Shown one piece after another: positions 1 through 20,547 of a DNA stretch of 64,000 nt (positions within the stretch are counted from its first letter, which is position 1; each line of letters begins with the position of its first letter). Both the position numbers and the translations under genes were made by a program. Source of the DNA: Yuukianura sp. NJ FZ-2021. Its lineage: Eukaryota. The notes under the pieces are model-generated. The model saw nothing but the letters and a program-made list of their open reading frames with translations, was not told the origin of the DNA and did not search any database. The DNA lies in the NCBI GenBank assembly GCA_046563655.1, contig CM102290.1, positions 1,984,001-2,048,000 of the forward strand, in the 5' to 3' direction.

Positions 1-2110
1 GGGAGGCCCTGGACGGAAGTTACAAGTCACATGCATCCAAAGGACGATCGTCATCTTATGAAAACTTAACACAGCTTCATCCGTCTAAGGGTCATCAGAG
101 AAAACTGAGTGACTCAAGGTACTGTTTTTTTAGTATGCTAAAAGCATTTATTGCGTAAGAGTCTGACTATCTAAAGAGAGCATCAAGAGATGACAGATGA
201 CAATGACTTTATAACATTTTGTTTATATATTTAGCATTTATGGACCTCAGGACAATGACACGGACGGATGTATGAATAGGGATCTCTTAGCCAAAGAGTC
301 ATGTGATGATGGGACGACTGTTCGTGGTGTCAATTCTGACTGTGACGCAGACTACTCTTCTGGTAGCAACGGAATTTTAGCACAAGGCGACTGTGATAAC
401 TCAGAAAATGATGAAGACACGGAACCAAACTCGGAAGGTCGTTCTGAATCGACACTCATTTGTGCTCAGAAAATCAAATTGAAGTCAATTGAGAGCTCAA
501 CGGATACGCTTGTAGCAGAATTGGGATTTGCGGCGGCTGATAGTAAACATTGTTTTATGAATGGAGTAGAACATAAAACGGACACTAAACCGAAATTCAG
601 TGATGACCAAGGCAGTGCGCCGTATGAAACGGAAGGAGAATCAGAACACAACAGAGGAAGTGAAGATGGGTTGCTGAGTGACGTTGATTTTTCTATGCTC
701 AGCACTAATCTGAGCAGTTTAGCAGTTGAGACAGGGACAAATCACTTGTTGGATGGACCAACTACAGAAAAACTTATACCTGAAGATGGAGATGATTTGA
801 ATCACTACAATGGGACGGACAATCTGAATGGACATCAATGCAGTGTCTGTGAACAGAGCAAAGCTGTCCTGCGTCACGTACGTTCCGACAACTTCCAAAT
901 CATGAATGGATTGGGAAATCCATCTTCTACTTCAAGTGGAATTGGGTCAGGGAGCTTTGTAAACAGTAAGTGAACCAAACAAAACATTTTTCATTGACGT
1001 TTGTTTGTGTTTTGTATGTTCTGAACAAAGAAACTTGTTTAACCTAGGTTTTAATGGCCCTGTGACCAATGGAATATCGTCAACTATGAGCTACCTCTTG
1101 AAAGAGAGGCAGAACTTGGATGTTGACGGACTCACATACTATCATGACGAAGCACAAATTCGTCTTACTGCAATTCTGTCTGAATTCCAAGTAAGTTTGT
1201 TTGGTTAAGTTGGAGCTTAATCAAGAATTCATCTGAAATTGGAACCTACTTCAACTAAAGTTGTTTTTTGTTGTTTATAAAGGTTCAAATTGAAACACTT
1301 CAAAGAGATGTACAGATTTACCGGAATGCGTTGAGGGAACAAGTATGTCATCGCTGTCCACCTTCAATTATTCCTATGACGGATGTACTTGATGACACTG
1401 TACGAAAGAAATTCTAAAAAAAGCTTCTAAATTAAGCAATTCGTCGACAATGTATAACAAGGCGTGATGGTGGTTCAGGTGTCTATGTCATCTGAAGCAG
1501 TTTCTCAGTCTTCTGAGGCTTCCTCTTCCTTTGAAGCAATTGATCATGCCGATACTTATCCTCCGCTCTGGGTCCCTGACTTTGCCGTAACACATTGTAC
1601 TGGCTGTTTTCTCAAATTTTCACTAGGACGTAAGAACTCAACATGAAAACCTCAACTTTAAAATTTTAATTTTCTAAATTTTGTTACTAACCTCAATTTG
1701 TTTTTGTTTTAGGACGCAAACATCATTGTCGAGCCTGTGGTCGCGTATTTTGTTCTGACTGTTCTGAAAATTCTATCGCTCTTCCTCATGAGCAAATCTT
1801 TGTTCCCTCTCGTGTATGTCGTCCTTGCTTTGTCAAAAATCGAACTCCTCAGTCATGTGATGTCGTTACAAATGGAGGTGATGGAGTAAGACATGCGTCT
1901 CCAAATTCATCTACTTCAGCGGTTTCCAGACCAGTTTCTGTACCTTCAGTGCCATACTATAATAACACTCTGCATCAAGTCCCTGGATGTACCAATCTTC
2001 ATGCGAAGGTATCCAAGTTAAACGGACCGTCGCAACAGAAAGTACCAGAAGTCCATGCAACTCATATGAATGGACATGCAGGACGAGCACCGAAACCTCA
2101 ACCTCAGTAG
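1..2110 (+). CDS. MTMR3: Myotubularin-related protein 3/4 (FYVE-type), 3' part; 5' end lies outside the window
   Basis: GT-AG exons <1-118, 235-965, 1048-1190, 1283-1399, 1479-1629 and 1713-2110 join in frame. They give a low-complexity linker, then LDVDGL...DEAQIRLTAILSEFQVQIETLQRDV (coiled coil), then the FYVE domain WVPDFAVTHCTGC...RRKHHCRACGRVFCSDC...SRVCRPC. This is the MTMR3/4 C-terminal architecture; the phosphatase domain is not in the window. Confidence 0.85.
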
Positions 2111-3593
2111 AAAACTTTCAAAAACTCTTCCGTTTAAGCGTAAAAACCAAATTGAAACTTCTAGTAAGCGAAAAGGCAAAGAGAGAAGGAAGCCTAAAAA
2201 TCTAAATTCTGCGTTGCCAGAAACTACGTTTTTGTGTCACTTTATTATACGCTACCATCAACGTCAATAATACTGTGAACTCAGGTACGCCTGCGATATG
2301 TTCTCATGGTCGCTCGTAGGTACGGCGGAATTTAGCACGGGGTAACGTGAGAATTTACGAATTTCGCTTCCAGGACTGGCGAAGCTTTGTCACAGAACCG
2401 AGTGATAATTTTAGTATGGCGGGTGATAGGAATTTAAAATGGCGAGGTCAGTGACCTTTGTGACCTCTGGAAAGAGTCAAAAAATATTTATTAACATGGA
2501 CAATTAAAGGCAAAGATGAGGTTTGGTGTTTAGGCGGCGAGGATTCGAAAGAAATTAGTTACAATCGTATTTTTATACAAACGAAGAAGGAGCGAGTTTT
2601 AATTAAAGTAAAAATTTTTAGTCGTATCGGAAATACGTTGACGCAGGTTTAAAGTTAAATCAATTATGGTTAAACTTAAGTATTTAAAACAAACGTTGAT
2701 ATATTTACGGAAAGACTCTTTTAAACATGCTAAGTACCAATTTAAGTCTGATGTGATTCCGGGGAGTTTTAGTTTAAAAAAGAAAGTTAATTGTACCAGT
2801 TATTAATTAACTCAAAACTAATTAATTACGATGTTTATGATGTGATGATCATTGAAAAAGTTAGGTTTAATAACACAAATTTCCAACCTCGGTTAAATAA
2901 TCATGCTGGTGCATATTAGTTAATTTTGTTTAAAATTTAAAAAAAGTAGGAGACGGCGGCGGAGGGAATTTACTAACGTAAGTTAAAACTGAAATGTCAT
3001 TTCGGGAATTTTAAATTATATTTTGGTTCGCCTTTTGCTTTGAAAATTTACCTAAAAAAAATTTAACTTGTTTTAAAAAATGTTCAAAAAAGGCGTTACT
3101 TGACACTAAAAACGTTCGACATGGGATTAATTTATGAATAATTTAATTATATTTTTTGGTTAAAAATTATTTTAACTTCAAAAATAATTTACTTGTGAAG
3201 TGGCTTCAGTTTTATTTCGCAAAATATTGTAAGAGAGCGAGCAGCATGTGCTAAAAACTTCCTTTTTTTCGCAAAAATTGTTCTAAATTATACTGAAGTG
3301 ACCATTGGCGAATACTGTCAGTTGACCTTTTGACCTTTCGAATTGTAATAATTGTTTAATTATAATTTCTCTCTATTTGTGCTATTTTTACTTAACAATT
3401 AAAGTTTAGGATTGGGAAAGTTAAGCAGAAGAATTGAAATATGTAACACTAAAATCTTTGTTTGTTGAAGTAAATCAATTCGAAGAATAAAAATTCCTTT
3501 TAATCATTTGAAATTTGCAGAGGTTTGAATTTTTTTTTAAATTGAATCTACATTTTTTTTTCCAAAATTTTGAAATTTTAGTGCTGTGTTTAA

Positions 3594-5029
3594 TTAAGAA
3601 GTTTTGCGAGTTAAGGCTTGGATCGCATCAGAAATTGCACTTGAAAGATCAGTCCAATTCGGGTCGAGTTTTTTGGAAACGGATTCATCCAGACCGTTTC
3701 GTATTTGTTCCAAGGCATCTTCAAGTGTTCGTAGGACACGATACTACACAGAGTCAACAAATGAGTCATGAGTCTTGATTCATGAGTCATGATTCAATTG
3801 AGTCAAAAATATGAATCTGAGTCTTACCGCTTTGAGACGACAGTCCGCATCTACTTCATGTTCACCATCAAGTTTGACAAAGTGGTGAAAGTTATTCAGG
3901 AAATCCGAAACGGCGTTGTTGAGCACCACCCGCGATTGCGCCATTTTGCAAATTTGAATTGCGCCATTCCCGCTCTTGTCGTTTTCAACAAATTCAGCCA
4001 AGGCGTTCCTAAGCACCTTCTTCAAATCGCCAAGCAACTGGCTAATTTTGAGACCATGATTTAACACGCCCTCCTCAAAAGTAATTAGTATGAATTAACT
4101 GAATTTGAATGTTGTTTTTGTAGACGAATTTCAAAATTCGCGCAAAGTTTTTTTTTTTTTGCTTACCTGTGTGAACTGTCCTGAACTGCTCGTGCGTTCT
4201 TCAAATTCCTTTTCGTATGGCCCGTACTGTTTGACAAGACTGGGGCTAGATGAGACTGGTTTGGAGTTTGGGAATTTGAAGAAGTTTGAAGCAGAAGAAG
4301 GCGAGAGCGGGATTTTTTCAAATTGAAAATTCGTCAAATGGTCGAATCCCTTCTGCGGAGATGGAAGTTCTATTTTCGTGAATTCCCAAAAACTTCTGGG
4401 TGGAGATGGCGTAAGGACTGGTGGCTGAAATTCGTTTTCTGGCGGAGTTACAACAATTCTTGGTTGTTCTTTGGCCGAGTTTCTTCTGGGGTCAATCTGA
4501 GACACTGTTTGGACGACGTCTTCAACGTGACCTTTGACCTCTGGATTTTCTTTGTAGTCGTTAACTACCTCGGCTTCTTCAGGAATAGCCGGAACTGACG
4601 GTAGCGATTTGACCTTGTCCCCAACGTAGGAAACGGGGTCATCGGGGTCATTGACCTCGTGGACAATGTCTGGTCGTGGCAGCGTTTGTGGCACTTCCAA
4701 TTGGTCGCTGAGGTTTTTAGTTGGATCATAAATCAGTTCTGGATCGTGTTCATTGAATTTTGGCTCTTCTGCAGCTTCATTTCCCACTTCATCGGTCGTT
4801 CCAATTTCAAATGCCGGGATTTCGTCCGGAAAGTCTCTGAAATTTAAGCAAATATCAAACATCAGCAATACCAATTCTAAAAACTAAACACAACAATTTT
4901 TTCTCCGAAAAAAAAACTAGATTAAAAAAAAAACTAAAAGTCTTAAGAAAGTTTTTTTTACTCGTCCGGAAGTGGACTAGCGAAAACTCTCGTAGTCGAA
5001 ACGCACAGCAACACTAACAGTAGTTTCAT
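3594..5029 (-). CDS. Orphan secreted protein (~377 aa): signal peptide, acidic Pro-rich region, helical C-terminus
   Basis: Exons 5029-4962 (MKLLLVLLCVSTTRVFASPLPDE), 4836-4167, 4073-3828 and 3743-3594 join in frame with GT donors. The exon 3 acceptor is an unusual GAG. No family recognised. Confidence 0.75.
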
Positions 5030-5569
5030 TTCAGTTTTAAGTAAAGTCTAAAGTCAAAGTTGATTAAGTTAAGGTTAATTGTTGCTAAAATGTTCAAGAT
5101 TGAAAACCTCAGTGGTTGAGTTGTGCTGCTACTTTTATATAACCATTGATTGCAGAATGTTCAAAGTCATTTGAAATTCATTTTCGACATCAAGGCATTC
5201 TGTTCCTTCAAATGCAAGTTGACGCTGCTGCCAATTTCAAGGACAAAGTGTCGCAACTCAAAAATTTTACTGCGATAAATTCTTAAACCATTTGACGTAA
5301 CTAAGAATTTTGACGCAACTCGGAATTCGAAATGACTAATATTTTGTTCATCATGACAATTCAATTGGGCAATTGAACACTTAAATTGATCAATTCCAGT
5401 TTCTGGAAGTGCGTATACAAAGTAATGCTGACAGATGCGTGTAGGTAGAACACACATATGCTGCATAACAATTAGTTTACACATGTTTTAATTAATAGAC
5501 TTAGTTAATTGGTGTTAAAATTAAGTTAGTCAAGTGTAGCAAAGCTAATAGCAAAGAAGTTTCTGCATC

Positions 5570-6462
5570 ATGGTGACTCAGACGAGAACAATAAGATTTT
5601 TGCTGATCTGTTGCATTTGGGTTCACCCTACAAAATCTTTGGAAAGAGAAGATCATGAACAAGTCGGCAGAATTTCACTTCCGCAGTCTCTAAACGTAAA
5701 CTCATTCCGCTTTTTTTTTTACTAAGAAAGTCGTCACAAATTTAAAATTTTTAAAATTTCGAAAAAAAAAATTTAGATTGGAAATTTCAAAATTGAAAAT
5801 GATTACTGGAGAGCCAGTGTTCGTGAGGCTGTGGATAAAGCTGGAGCTCAATTGCAAAGGAATTTGATTGTTGTTTTGACTGAAATGGGCAGAGATTCTT
5901 TACAGATGAGTCGAACAATCAAGTACAACATTGGTAAAAATCACAATGCTTTTGAAACGATTTTTGAAATTCTTGATTTTTCAAATTTTTGAAATTCGTG
6001 ATTTTCGAAATTTTCGAAATTACAGGATCTTTGGTTACGGCTCTTGTCAATACGACATTTGACTTTGGAGTACTCATTGTCTCCACACCTAAACTGTTGA
6101 CAGAAGCACTTCCAGTTCAACTTGTTTCCGTTTTGCGTGGAATTCAAGCCAATTCAAACGTAACGCGGGAACTGAATTCGTCAATTTCAACAGTCGTGGA
6201 TTGGATTGAAGATGTTGAAGAAAGCGGCATTTTTCAAAATTTTATTCAACCTGCAACAAATGTCGTTCCAAATTTGATGTACGGAGTTAACCGCTTTTTA
6301 GTTTCGATTCTCAATGGATTTTTCTATATAATTGGAGCACGAGATCCTTCTGCCTACTTGTACACAACTACGGACAGTACTGTCGTGACCTTGAAAAATT
6401 TGACCTTTGACCTCTCCACACCCTCTCTCACTTCGCCTTCCAACATAAAAAGCTACAACTAA
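5570..6462 (+). CDS. Orphan, probably secreted protein (~239 aa)
   Basis: Exons 5570-5695 (MVTQTRTIRFLLICCIWVHPTKS...), 5777-5933 and 6026-6462 join in frame with GT-AG sites. Short hydrophobic N-terminus and several N-x-S/T sequons. Confidence 0.7.
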
Positions 6463-7277
6463 AAATTGAAATTAATTTCAATTGTGTTTAAAAAAATGCT
6501 TGTCGCCTTGCAGTTATCCGAATTTAAAATCTAAAATTGAAGTACTAAAAAATGATTTCGAGAATAAAAGTGAAGTTAAGGAAATTGAAAAAAGTGAGTT
6601 TTTTATGTTTTTTTTTTGAAAAAGTGCACCGAGTGGAGACTATGTTGACTGTGCTGGTCCACAAATAGTTTAGTCGAATCCCGGGACTTGAACTTTGTTT
6701 GTTCTCGGTAAAAGGTGGAGATTTGAAAGGGGTGGGTCTGGAAGCCCAGCCTTTTTGGCACTCTCGAGACTCACATCTCCATGGTTTCAGCCACAGATCA
6801 TCATCATCTTCATCACCCGAATTCCAATGGCTCAGTTTCAAATCTTCCCTCAGCGTTGAATCAACTTTTACAAATTGGCACACCGACCTGGTCTTATCCA
6901 CAAGCCGCTAAGCAGTTTTGTCCAAAAACTGATTTTTCGAAATATTTTTAAAAAATTAAAAGACAAGTGAAGTGACCCGTCGTGTGTTTTTTAACACACG
7001 ATCTCAGGTATGGCAAACCAACAAAAACTTGAAAATTAGCAAAAGTTTCTTTAAAAAAATTTCAAATTTCTTTTTCGACTTGGAAATTTTACAAGTGAAA
7101 GTACGCTAATAGTGAAATTCGGCAGTAGGACGAGTTCAGTTTTTGTTTTTATGCTTTAAAACTGTTAGTTTGTTTTTGTCAGAAAGCAAATTTTGGATTT
7201 TGTAAAAAGTGAAATTTTGAAAAAAGTGTTTAGAATTGTGGAAGTGAGGCCCTTGAAGGGGTCCTTTATCTAAAAAA

Positions 7278-14020
<6,743 letters not shown>

Positions 14021-15999
14021 AACTTAAAATGAATGTTGAGTTCCAAGCTGCATGCGCCTGCGCACAACAAATTTTCAATAAAAATAAACAATCATTACTT
14101 AAAAATTATTGTTATTCTTGGAGATAAAACTATAATTAAAGAAAGAATTGAAAAAAATAAGTTCAAAAGGTCAAACGAAATTAAAAAGTTTCAAAATTGC
14201 ACTTTTCAGTTGTAGAAGTTTAAGTTTTTCTGCTGCCTTTCGAACTGGTTAGTGTTTAGAAATTTAGGTTTTAGTACTAATGAGTCGATTATGGTACATG
14301 TGCAGATTGTACAGGAACTTTGAACGGAGCTTATTACATCCGCATGTGTTTTGACTTTCTTCCTAATGAGAAAGAAATAGCTTCTGCACCAGTCCACAAG
14401 CCAAATCAGAATTTAGAAAATCTAGAACAAAAACTAAACACGACACAAACTGAGTTTTTTCGGAGATACAAAGTCTTTCAACGCATGTCACCCGAAATCA
14501 CAAAATCTTTGGAAATTTCGGTTATCCGGAGTTTAAAAAACTTGTTCAACTGCACCCTTAACACTAACAAATTAGCCCATAACCTAACCTAATTTGCACA
14601 AACAACAAAAACAACACGGCAAAATTAAAAAAAAACAAATTCCGCTCATTCCAATCTCAACAGAAGAAAAATTTTTAGATTCGAGTTAGCAAAGTTCAAA
14701 ATCGTCCAAAATGTTTAAAAATTTTTCTCAAAAGTTAATAAATTTCAAAAAAAAGTTCTTCCAACATCAAATCCTAGTAGACAGGAATTATAACGCTGAA
14801 AGCTAAGAAAAAATGTCGAAAAAGTTTCACTTTTTGCAATATCAATTTACATTTTTAATTACAAATACGTTTTGAAATTTGAACAAATTTCATAAATTTG
14901 GGTTGAATTTCAGTTTGAACATAACTGTTTTTTTTAAGAAGCGTTTTGAACTAGAGTTGTGTAAGTTCCAGAGACTTAGTATTTGGTTGGATCTGTTTAT
15001 ACGAAAGATGCTGAGACTTTCCAGAAGAAAAGTGAACAAACCTCCCACTAACTTACAAGTGAATTATTGTTCTCAATTAGGAAATCTTTATGTCCCACAA
15101 GAAACAAAGTTGGATCAAAAGATCTGGTTGAAAAGCGGCAGATGAGTACAACCTTCCTTACTTCAACCAACAAAAATTTACACGTTGCATATTTAGGTTA
15201 CAAACATATTTACATTAACATTCAGTACACATACTCCTAACATCCACTTATGAAAGGACTTTGATTCAACTTCAAAAACTTTTTTTTCAAGCCGCCACTT
15301 TTCCACACAACTGAAACTTTTCATTTTTTTTAAACTTTGCAAAATTTTACAACTTTTGGCGAATTCGGCTTTCCTTTCAATCTCAATGGAACAAATTGTA
15401 ACATTGCCAAAAAATTCCCTTCCGTGTAACTTTTTTGACTCAAAAATGTTAGTTTTCAATGTTTGAATTTTTTTTATGTTTGAACAAGAACTCAAGAGTG
15501 TCGGCCAGTTTCAATCAAAGAACGGGGAGGCCATCTTTCTACACGTTCTGCTCTTGATTCAACTTCCCGTGTTGAAAGAGATGTGAATTTGCGCGGTTTT
15601 TTTTGAAGGACAGATGGATTTTGTTCAGTCGACGATGGAGCTGTAAGGGTGCCGGTGGATGCTTATTTGAACATGTTTGAACAGCATTTAAAAAAAACTG
15701 AGTTCGAACACCTCTCGTAGACCCTTGAAGCTTCTTGGACGTAACATACCTTGAAATCCAATATGAAAACCAAGTGTGTCTTGGATTTTTGACACTTTTG
15801 TGACAGAGTGGACCTGGGACAGTACCGTAATCGATCCTAATGAAGCCGTATCAAGTTACGCAGAGAAGACTGACCTCAAAGGTCACGTCGTTTCCTTCCC
15901 GTCTATCCTACGTTGGGTTAGGTCCTTCTCATTTCTTAAAATAATGTTTACTTGTACAAAAATAAATAAGGAAATAGTATTTGTAACAATTTTGGGTTT

Positions 16000-17128
16000 C
16001 TATTTGAGGTATCCCGTTGAGATCGGTCCAGGGGGTAACGCCGGACCGGTTCGTTTTGCAATCGGTTTCGGTTTTTCAGATCGACTCTGAGCCTTGTCAT
16101 TGTAAACTCTAACCCAATCAATCTCCAGTGTCGGTTTGGGCCAACTCATAGCTTCTTCCAAGGTCAAGTTCGAGCCGGTCAACGGAGCCGGAAAATACTT
16201 GCCACCTACCGACAAACTTAGAAACAAATTTGACTGTTGTCCAAACGGCTTTTTGTTGCGGGAGCATGGAATGTTGTCACCCGAGGGATTCGTCCAGTCG
16301 TTAACAAAGTGCGTGTTGACCTCATATACTTTGATCATATCAACGTACCTAAAAACATAAAAAATTGACATAACCTGGCTACTACATTATATTTTTCCCG
16401 CCAAAATTTGAATTGTTTACCACTCAATTCTGGTTGGAAGCCACTTGATGGCAAAAGTGTGAAAGTCTTTACTAAAATCCATTTCAGACGGAAACACTTT
16501 TGAAGTTGAGCGCGTAAAGACATTGTTATATCGGCGTCCGTATTTAGCTGAAAAGTGGAGCGTCGAGGTCCGAGCGCCGTGAAACTCCAAAATATCAATT
16601 TCCTCGTACTTGCATTTGTCAAAATGTTGTTTGAGTGGCATCAAGTAAAAAGATGGAAACAAATATTTCCCGCGTGGAAGTTTTGCACGAATAACGTAAG
16701 TTCCGTAAGTAAATCCGAATCCGGATCCACGTACACGTCCAGTCGTGTACAAAACTTTGCCATCATATTCAATCATTCCCGCTCTAAGAATTAGCGTCCC
16801 ATTGGCTACTTCTAGGTTGTTTGTGTCACGGAGAAAACAGTCTTGGTCCATGTTCAAATGACGCACCTCTACAAAAAAATACAACTTTCAAGCGTAAGCA
16901 CCATGTGCAAAAAATACTTTTTTCAAAAACCGGATTTCAAAATTTTGAAAATTATTTACCTTCACAGCCTTCTTCTGATTCCCAATAATAATTTCTAAGC
17001 GACGTTCCATCAAAATCTTCACTAAAAACCAGAGTTCCGTCCCACTCAAGGTCACCAGTTGCCCCACCACCAAAAATCACGAAAAGCCAAATCACGCTAC
17101 TTAAAATTTTCCACAAAAATTTGCACAT
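16000..17128 (-). CDS. Secreted GH16 beta-1,3-glucanase (laminarinase/GNBP-like), ~321 aa
   Basis: Exons 17128-16960 (signal peptide, LVFSEDFDG), 16868-16421 (YTTGRV, FTYGTYVIRAKLPRGKYLFPSFYLMP, intact catalytic EIDILE, DFHTFAIKW) and 16348-16000 (PF, LSLSVGG, LEIDWVRVY). Confidence 0.9.
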
Positions 17129-20100
17129 TTTTTAACACAATGTGATAACTCTTCAATCAAAGAACTGCACAAAGTCAATTCAACTTTCAGACTGGTATTA
17201 AAATTTTTAAACCTTGGATTCTGCAAATTTTTCGCAAAATTTCAACGACCTAGTCTCACAGTTTTGTGTAAAGTAGAGCACTAATTGATTTGAAAGAGAA
17301 AGTTAAGTTGAAATTGTGACGTGATTTAAAACCAGTGTTTCTTGTTTTGCAACTTTTCATAAATTAAAACGAAACCAAAATTTCTGTTTCACGAGTTACC
17401 GTAAATTCTCGAGTTGAACTCACAACCAAATTTAAAACAAGATTTAAAAAAAAACATATCCATTTCAGGATGTCATATGGTTTGAGTTTCAGAAGCGATG
17501 AAGCGAATGAAGCAAATTGGTCTTTTAGTTCAAGTCGCCCAAGAAGATGGTCGGCCTTTTGCCATGCGTCATTGAAACTAACCTAGCTTAACACAACCAA
17601 ATATTTTTCCACATTGGTAAAAATTTTAAACTTGTTTCTTTAATTCCAAACAAGCTGTGACTGAATAATACTGTTAAAAATCAAAAATTTAAGATTTTAA
17701 AAACTTTTTGTTTTAAATTTCTGGTTGTGTTTACTTTTCTTGAGGTTGGCAGAATGCACCAACAGATTATAAATTATGATTTTTCTTCTTCGTGTTTTTT
17801 GAAACAATTTCCAGAACCCAGGATTCAATTTCCTTTTTCCAACGAAACATTTGCTGCTCAAGTTAGATGGAGGACCACCCTTAAGGGATCCGTTTGAACA
17901 ACTTCAGAAACTACACAAGACTATGTTTTTAAAAAAAGAACAATTTCAATGTCCGCGCTACAACTTTTTTGTTTTGACATTCTGAATTTGAAGCATAAAT
18001 AAATGGAACCTGCTCCAAAGTACACGAGGTCATGTTTCCTACTACTTTTGAAGCCTTCCATGACCTATCCTCGGAGTAATCATCATTAGGGTCAGCAGTT
18101 CTGGAGGTCACTTGATACGCACACGAGGGAAGCCAAGATCATGAATCAATCATGGATCCTTATGACGGGAAATTTTGAAAAAAAATTTTTTTACCCCAAA
18201 ATCCTGTTTCAAACAAAAAAAAAGTTTAGAAGGAGAGGATGTTTAAAAGGAAACGGAGTTCAACTAAATTTTTTTTTAAAATTTAGCGCGTTACAGTATG
18301 ACCTTTGTAGTTTTAAGGTCCATAGAGAACCATTAGTCAGGGAACCATGTAATGTTCCGTGATGGTCCATTACCTTACCTCCCAAAATTTAAAAAAAAAT
18401 ACATAAGAGTTGCTGGACTACGTTAGGAAAAAATATTTTTGAAAATTCTTTGAAATAAATTTTTTTTTGAAAATTTTAGTTTTTAGGAAACGCTTAACGT
18501 AAGACCTGCTGCCTAGCGTTTTTTTTATATGAACTTTTTTGAAAAATAAAAGTTTTTGGTATAAATCATTGTCGAAGTAAAAATAATATTGATGTAAAGG
18601 CGTGCTGAGCTAAAAGTGGGGTTGAACCTTTGTCAAAACAAAAATGACCATTTAGAAAATTATTGCAGAGGAAGTGAGGCTTTTACACTAAAGGAAATCG
18701 TCAACCCAACAAGATTTATGGTCCTCCAGGACTTTTTTCTTTTCGAAAAATTTTGTACATTTTATGAAACCCAAATAGATTTTTCGAAATGACTTCCTTA
18801 AACTAACCAAACTAACCTAACAAACATAAGTTTTTGTCTATTTTGCTTTAAACTTAGATTCGAAACAAATCTGGGGCGCTAGTTAAAAAAAACAAAGTGT
18901 TTTCGATATTGAATTGCGGCGATTTGCCCATACTTAACTTTCTATTTGCTTCAAATTTTTTGAACAAATTTCAAAGTGAAAATGTGGACAATTTGAAAAT
19001 TTAGAAATTTTAGATTTCAAATGATGCTTCACAAATTTTCAAAAGAACAGACTTAACATAAAGTGAAATTGAGCTAGAAAACAAATGGTTTCTCGTAGTG
19101 TCTCGTTTTTTTTTTGTTGGAAATCGGCTTGTTCTGAAAACGGAAGTTGTTTGTGGTTTTTGAACATTTTTGGAAACTTTTAGTGAAAAGTTTTACAGAA
19201 TAACTGGAGAAAGGGACTACTGCTGTTATTGGTTTTGTAGTGCTGACTGTACTTTGAAAGTATAATTCTAAAATGGAAACGGAGGAAGAAGAGCCTCATG
19301 AATCTGTCGTCGAAGTCAATATTGTAGAATTTTAGAAAAAAGAAAGTGTAGACGTAGTGACAGAAAATTTCATCGCCAACGACCAACTGTGAAAACTTTT
19401 TGGGCTTGTGGTCGCTTGTGTTGCTGCTACTCCTCGTTTTTTTTCGAATTTAATTTTCAACTGTTTTAAAACAAAAAATATACAAACACAAAGGCAACTA
19501 CTACTGAGGTTCTAAAGTGCTTCTGGTTTTTGCAGTTTTTAGAAAACTGTTTCACTGAAACCTTTTTCACAATGTTTTTGAAAAAAAAAATCCAAAATTC
19601 AAAAACCATTTCATACACTCACTTCCTTGAATTCCACGTTTTTAATTGAGAATAAAGAAGATACTTTTTAAAAACGCCTTATTTGCTAAAAGTTTTAACG
19701 TTAAAAATAGACTCACTTTTACTGAATCAGTAGTTGCATTTAAGACTTGATTTCTACAATGTAGAATATTGTTAAACTATTTGGAATTGTTATGTATATG
19801 TCTTTTAGCAGGGAGAGTGATTCGGCTTGGCAGTAATCAAGCGATGACATGTGGACTCATCACCATAAGTGATCAAACGCTCTGAAGCGCTTCTTGTTCC
19901 TTATGAATCGTTGAAAGCTTTTACCGAAGAAGCACTTAATGCTCATGTCGCTAACTGAAATACAAATGGCTCCAAGGAAAGTGATACTCAAATGGTTCAA
20001 GTGCCTTTCGTTCTTCAAATTTAACAATTTCCAAAGACGTCAATGAAAATTCGAAAACCGACAACTTTAGTTCAATTTCAACAGAATCCAAAAAAAAAAT

Positions 20101-20547
20101 TTCTTTGGATTTTTTTTTCAAAAAAAAAAGTTTTAGATTTCTTTTTTGTTCGCGTGGAGTTGCTTGGTCAACGTTTGAATTTTGGGGTACGATTGCCCTC
20201 TAGCGACGTTGTCATGATCCTTTTACTCTACGGTGAAAGGTGTAATGGTGTAAATGTGTAATCGTTTATGCTTATGCGCTAACGTACAAGTTAATTGAAC
20301 ACCAAAAAACTGAAGGATGAGTAGTTGAATATTTTTGCAAACTTTTCGCAAAATTTTTGCACGACGACTTGCAGTTGCACGTCTCAAGTTACAGTTTTCA
20401 ACCTTGCTGTCGTCACACAGACATGTAGACAAAGACATAGTAATACTTAGATGTAAAAGTTTCAACGAAAAAGGTCTAGGAACAAAACGACAATGTTAAA
20501 AGTCGTGTTAGCATTTAATTAAAGTTAACCTAACGAGAGTGCCTGGA

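Noticed and set aside
6545..6911. 118-aa minus and 70-aa plus ORFs upstream of Tbx1
   Set aside because: No recognisable motif or exon chain; more likely Tbx1 promoter or 5'UTR sequence.
17460..20050. Coding-looking patches between the GH16 gene and UBE2G1
   Set aside because: All frames I tried are interrupted by stops; no consistent splicing or homology.
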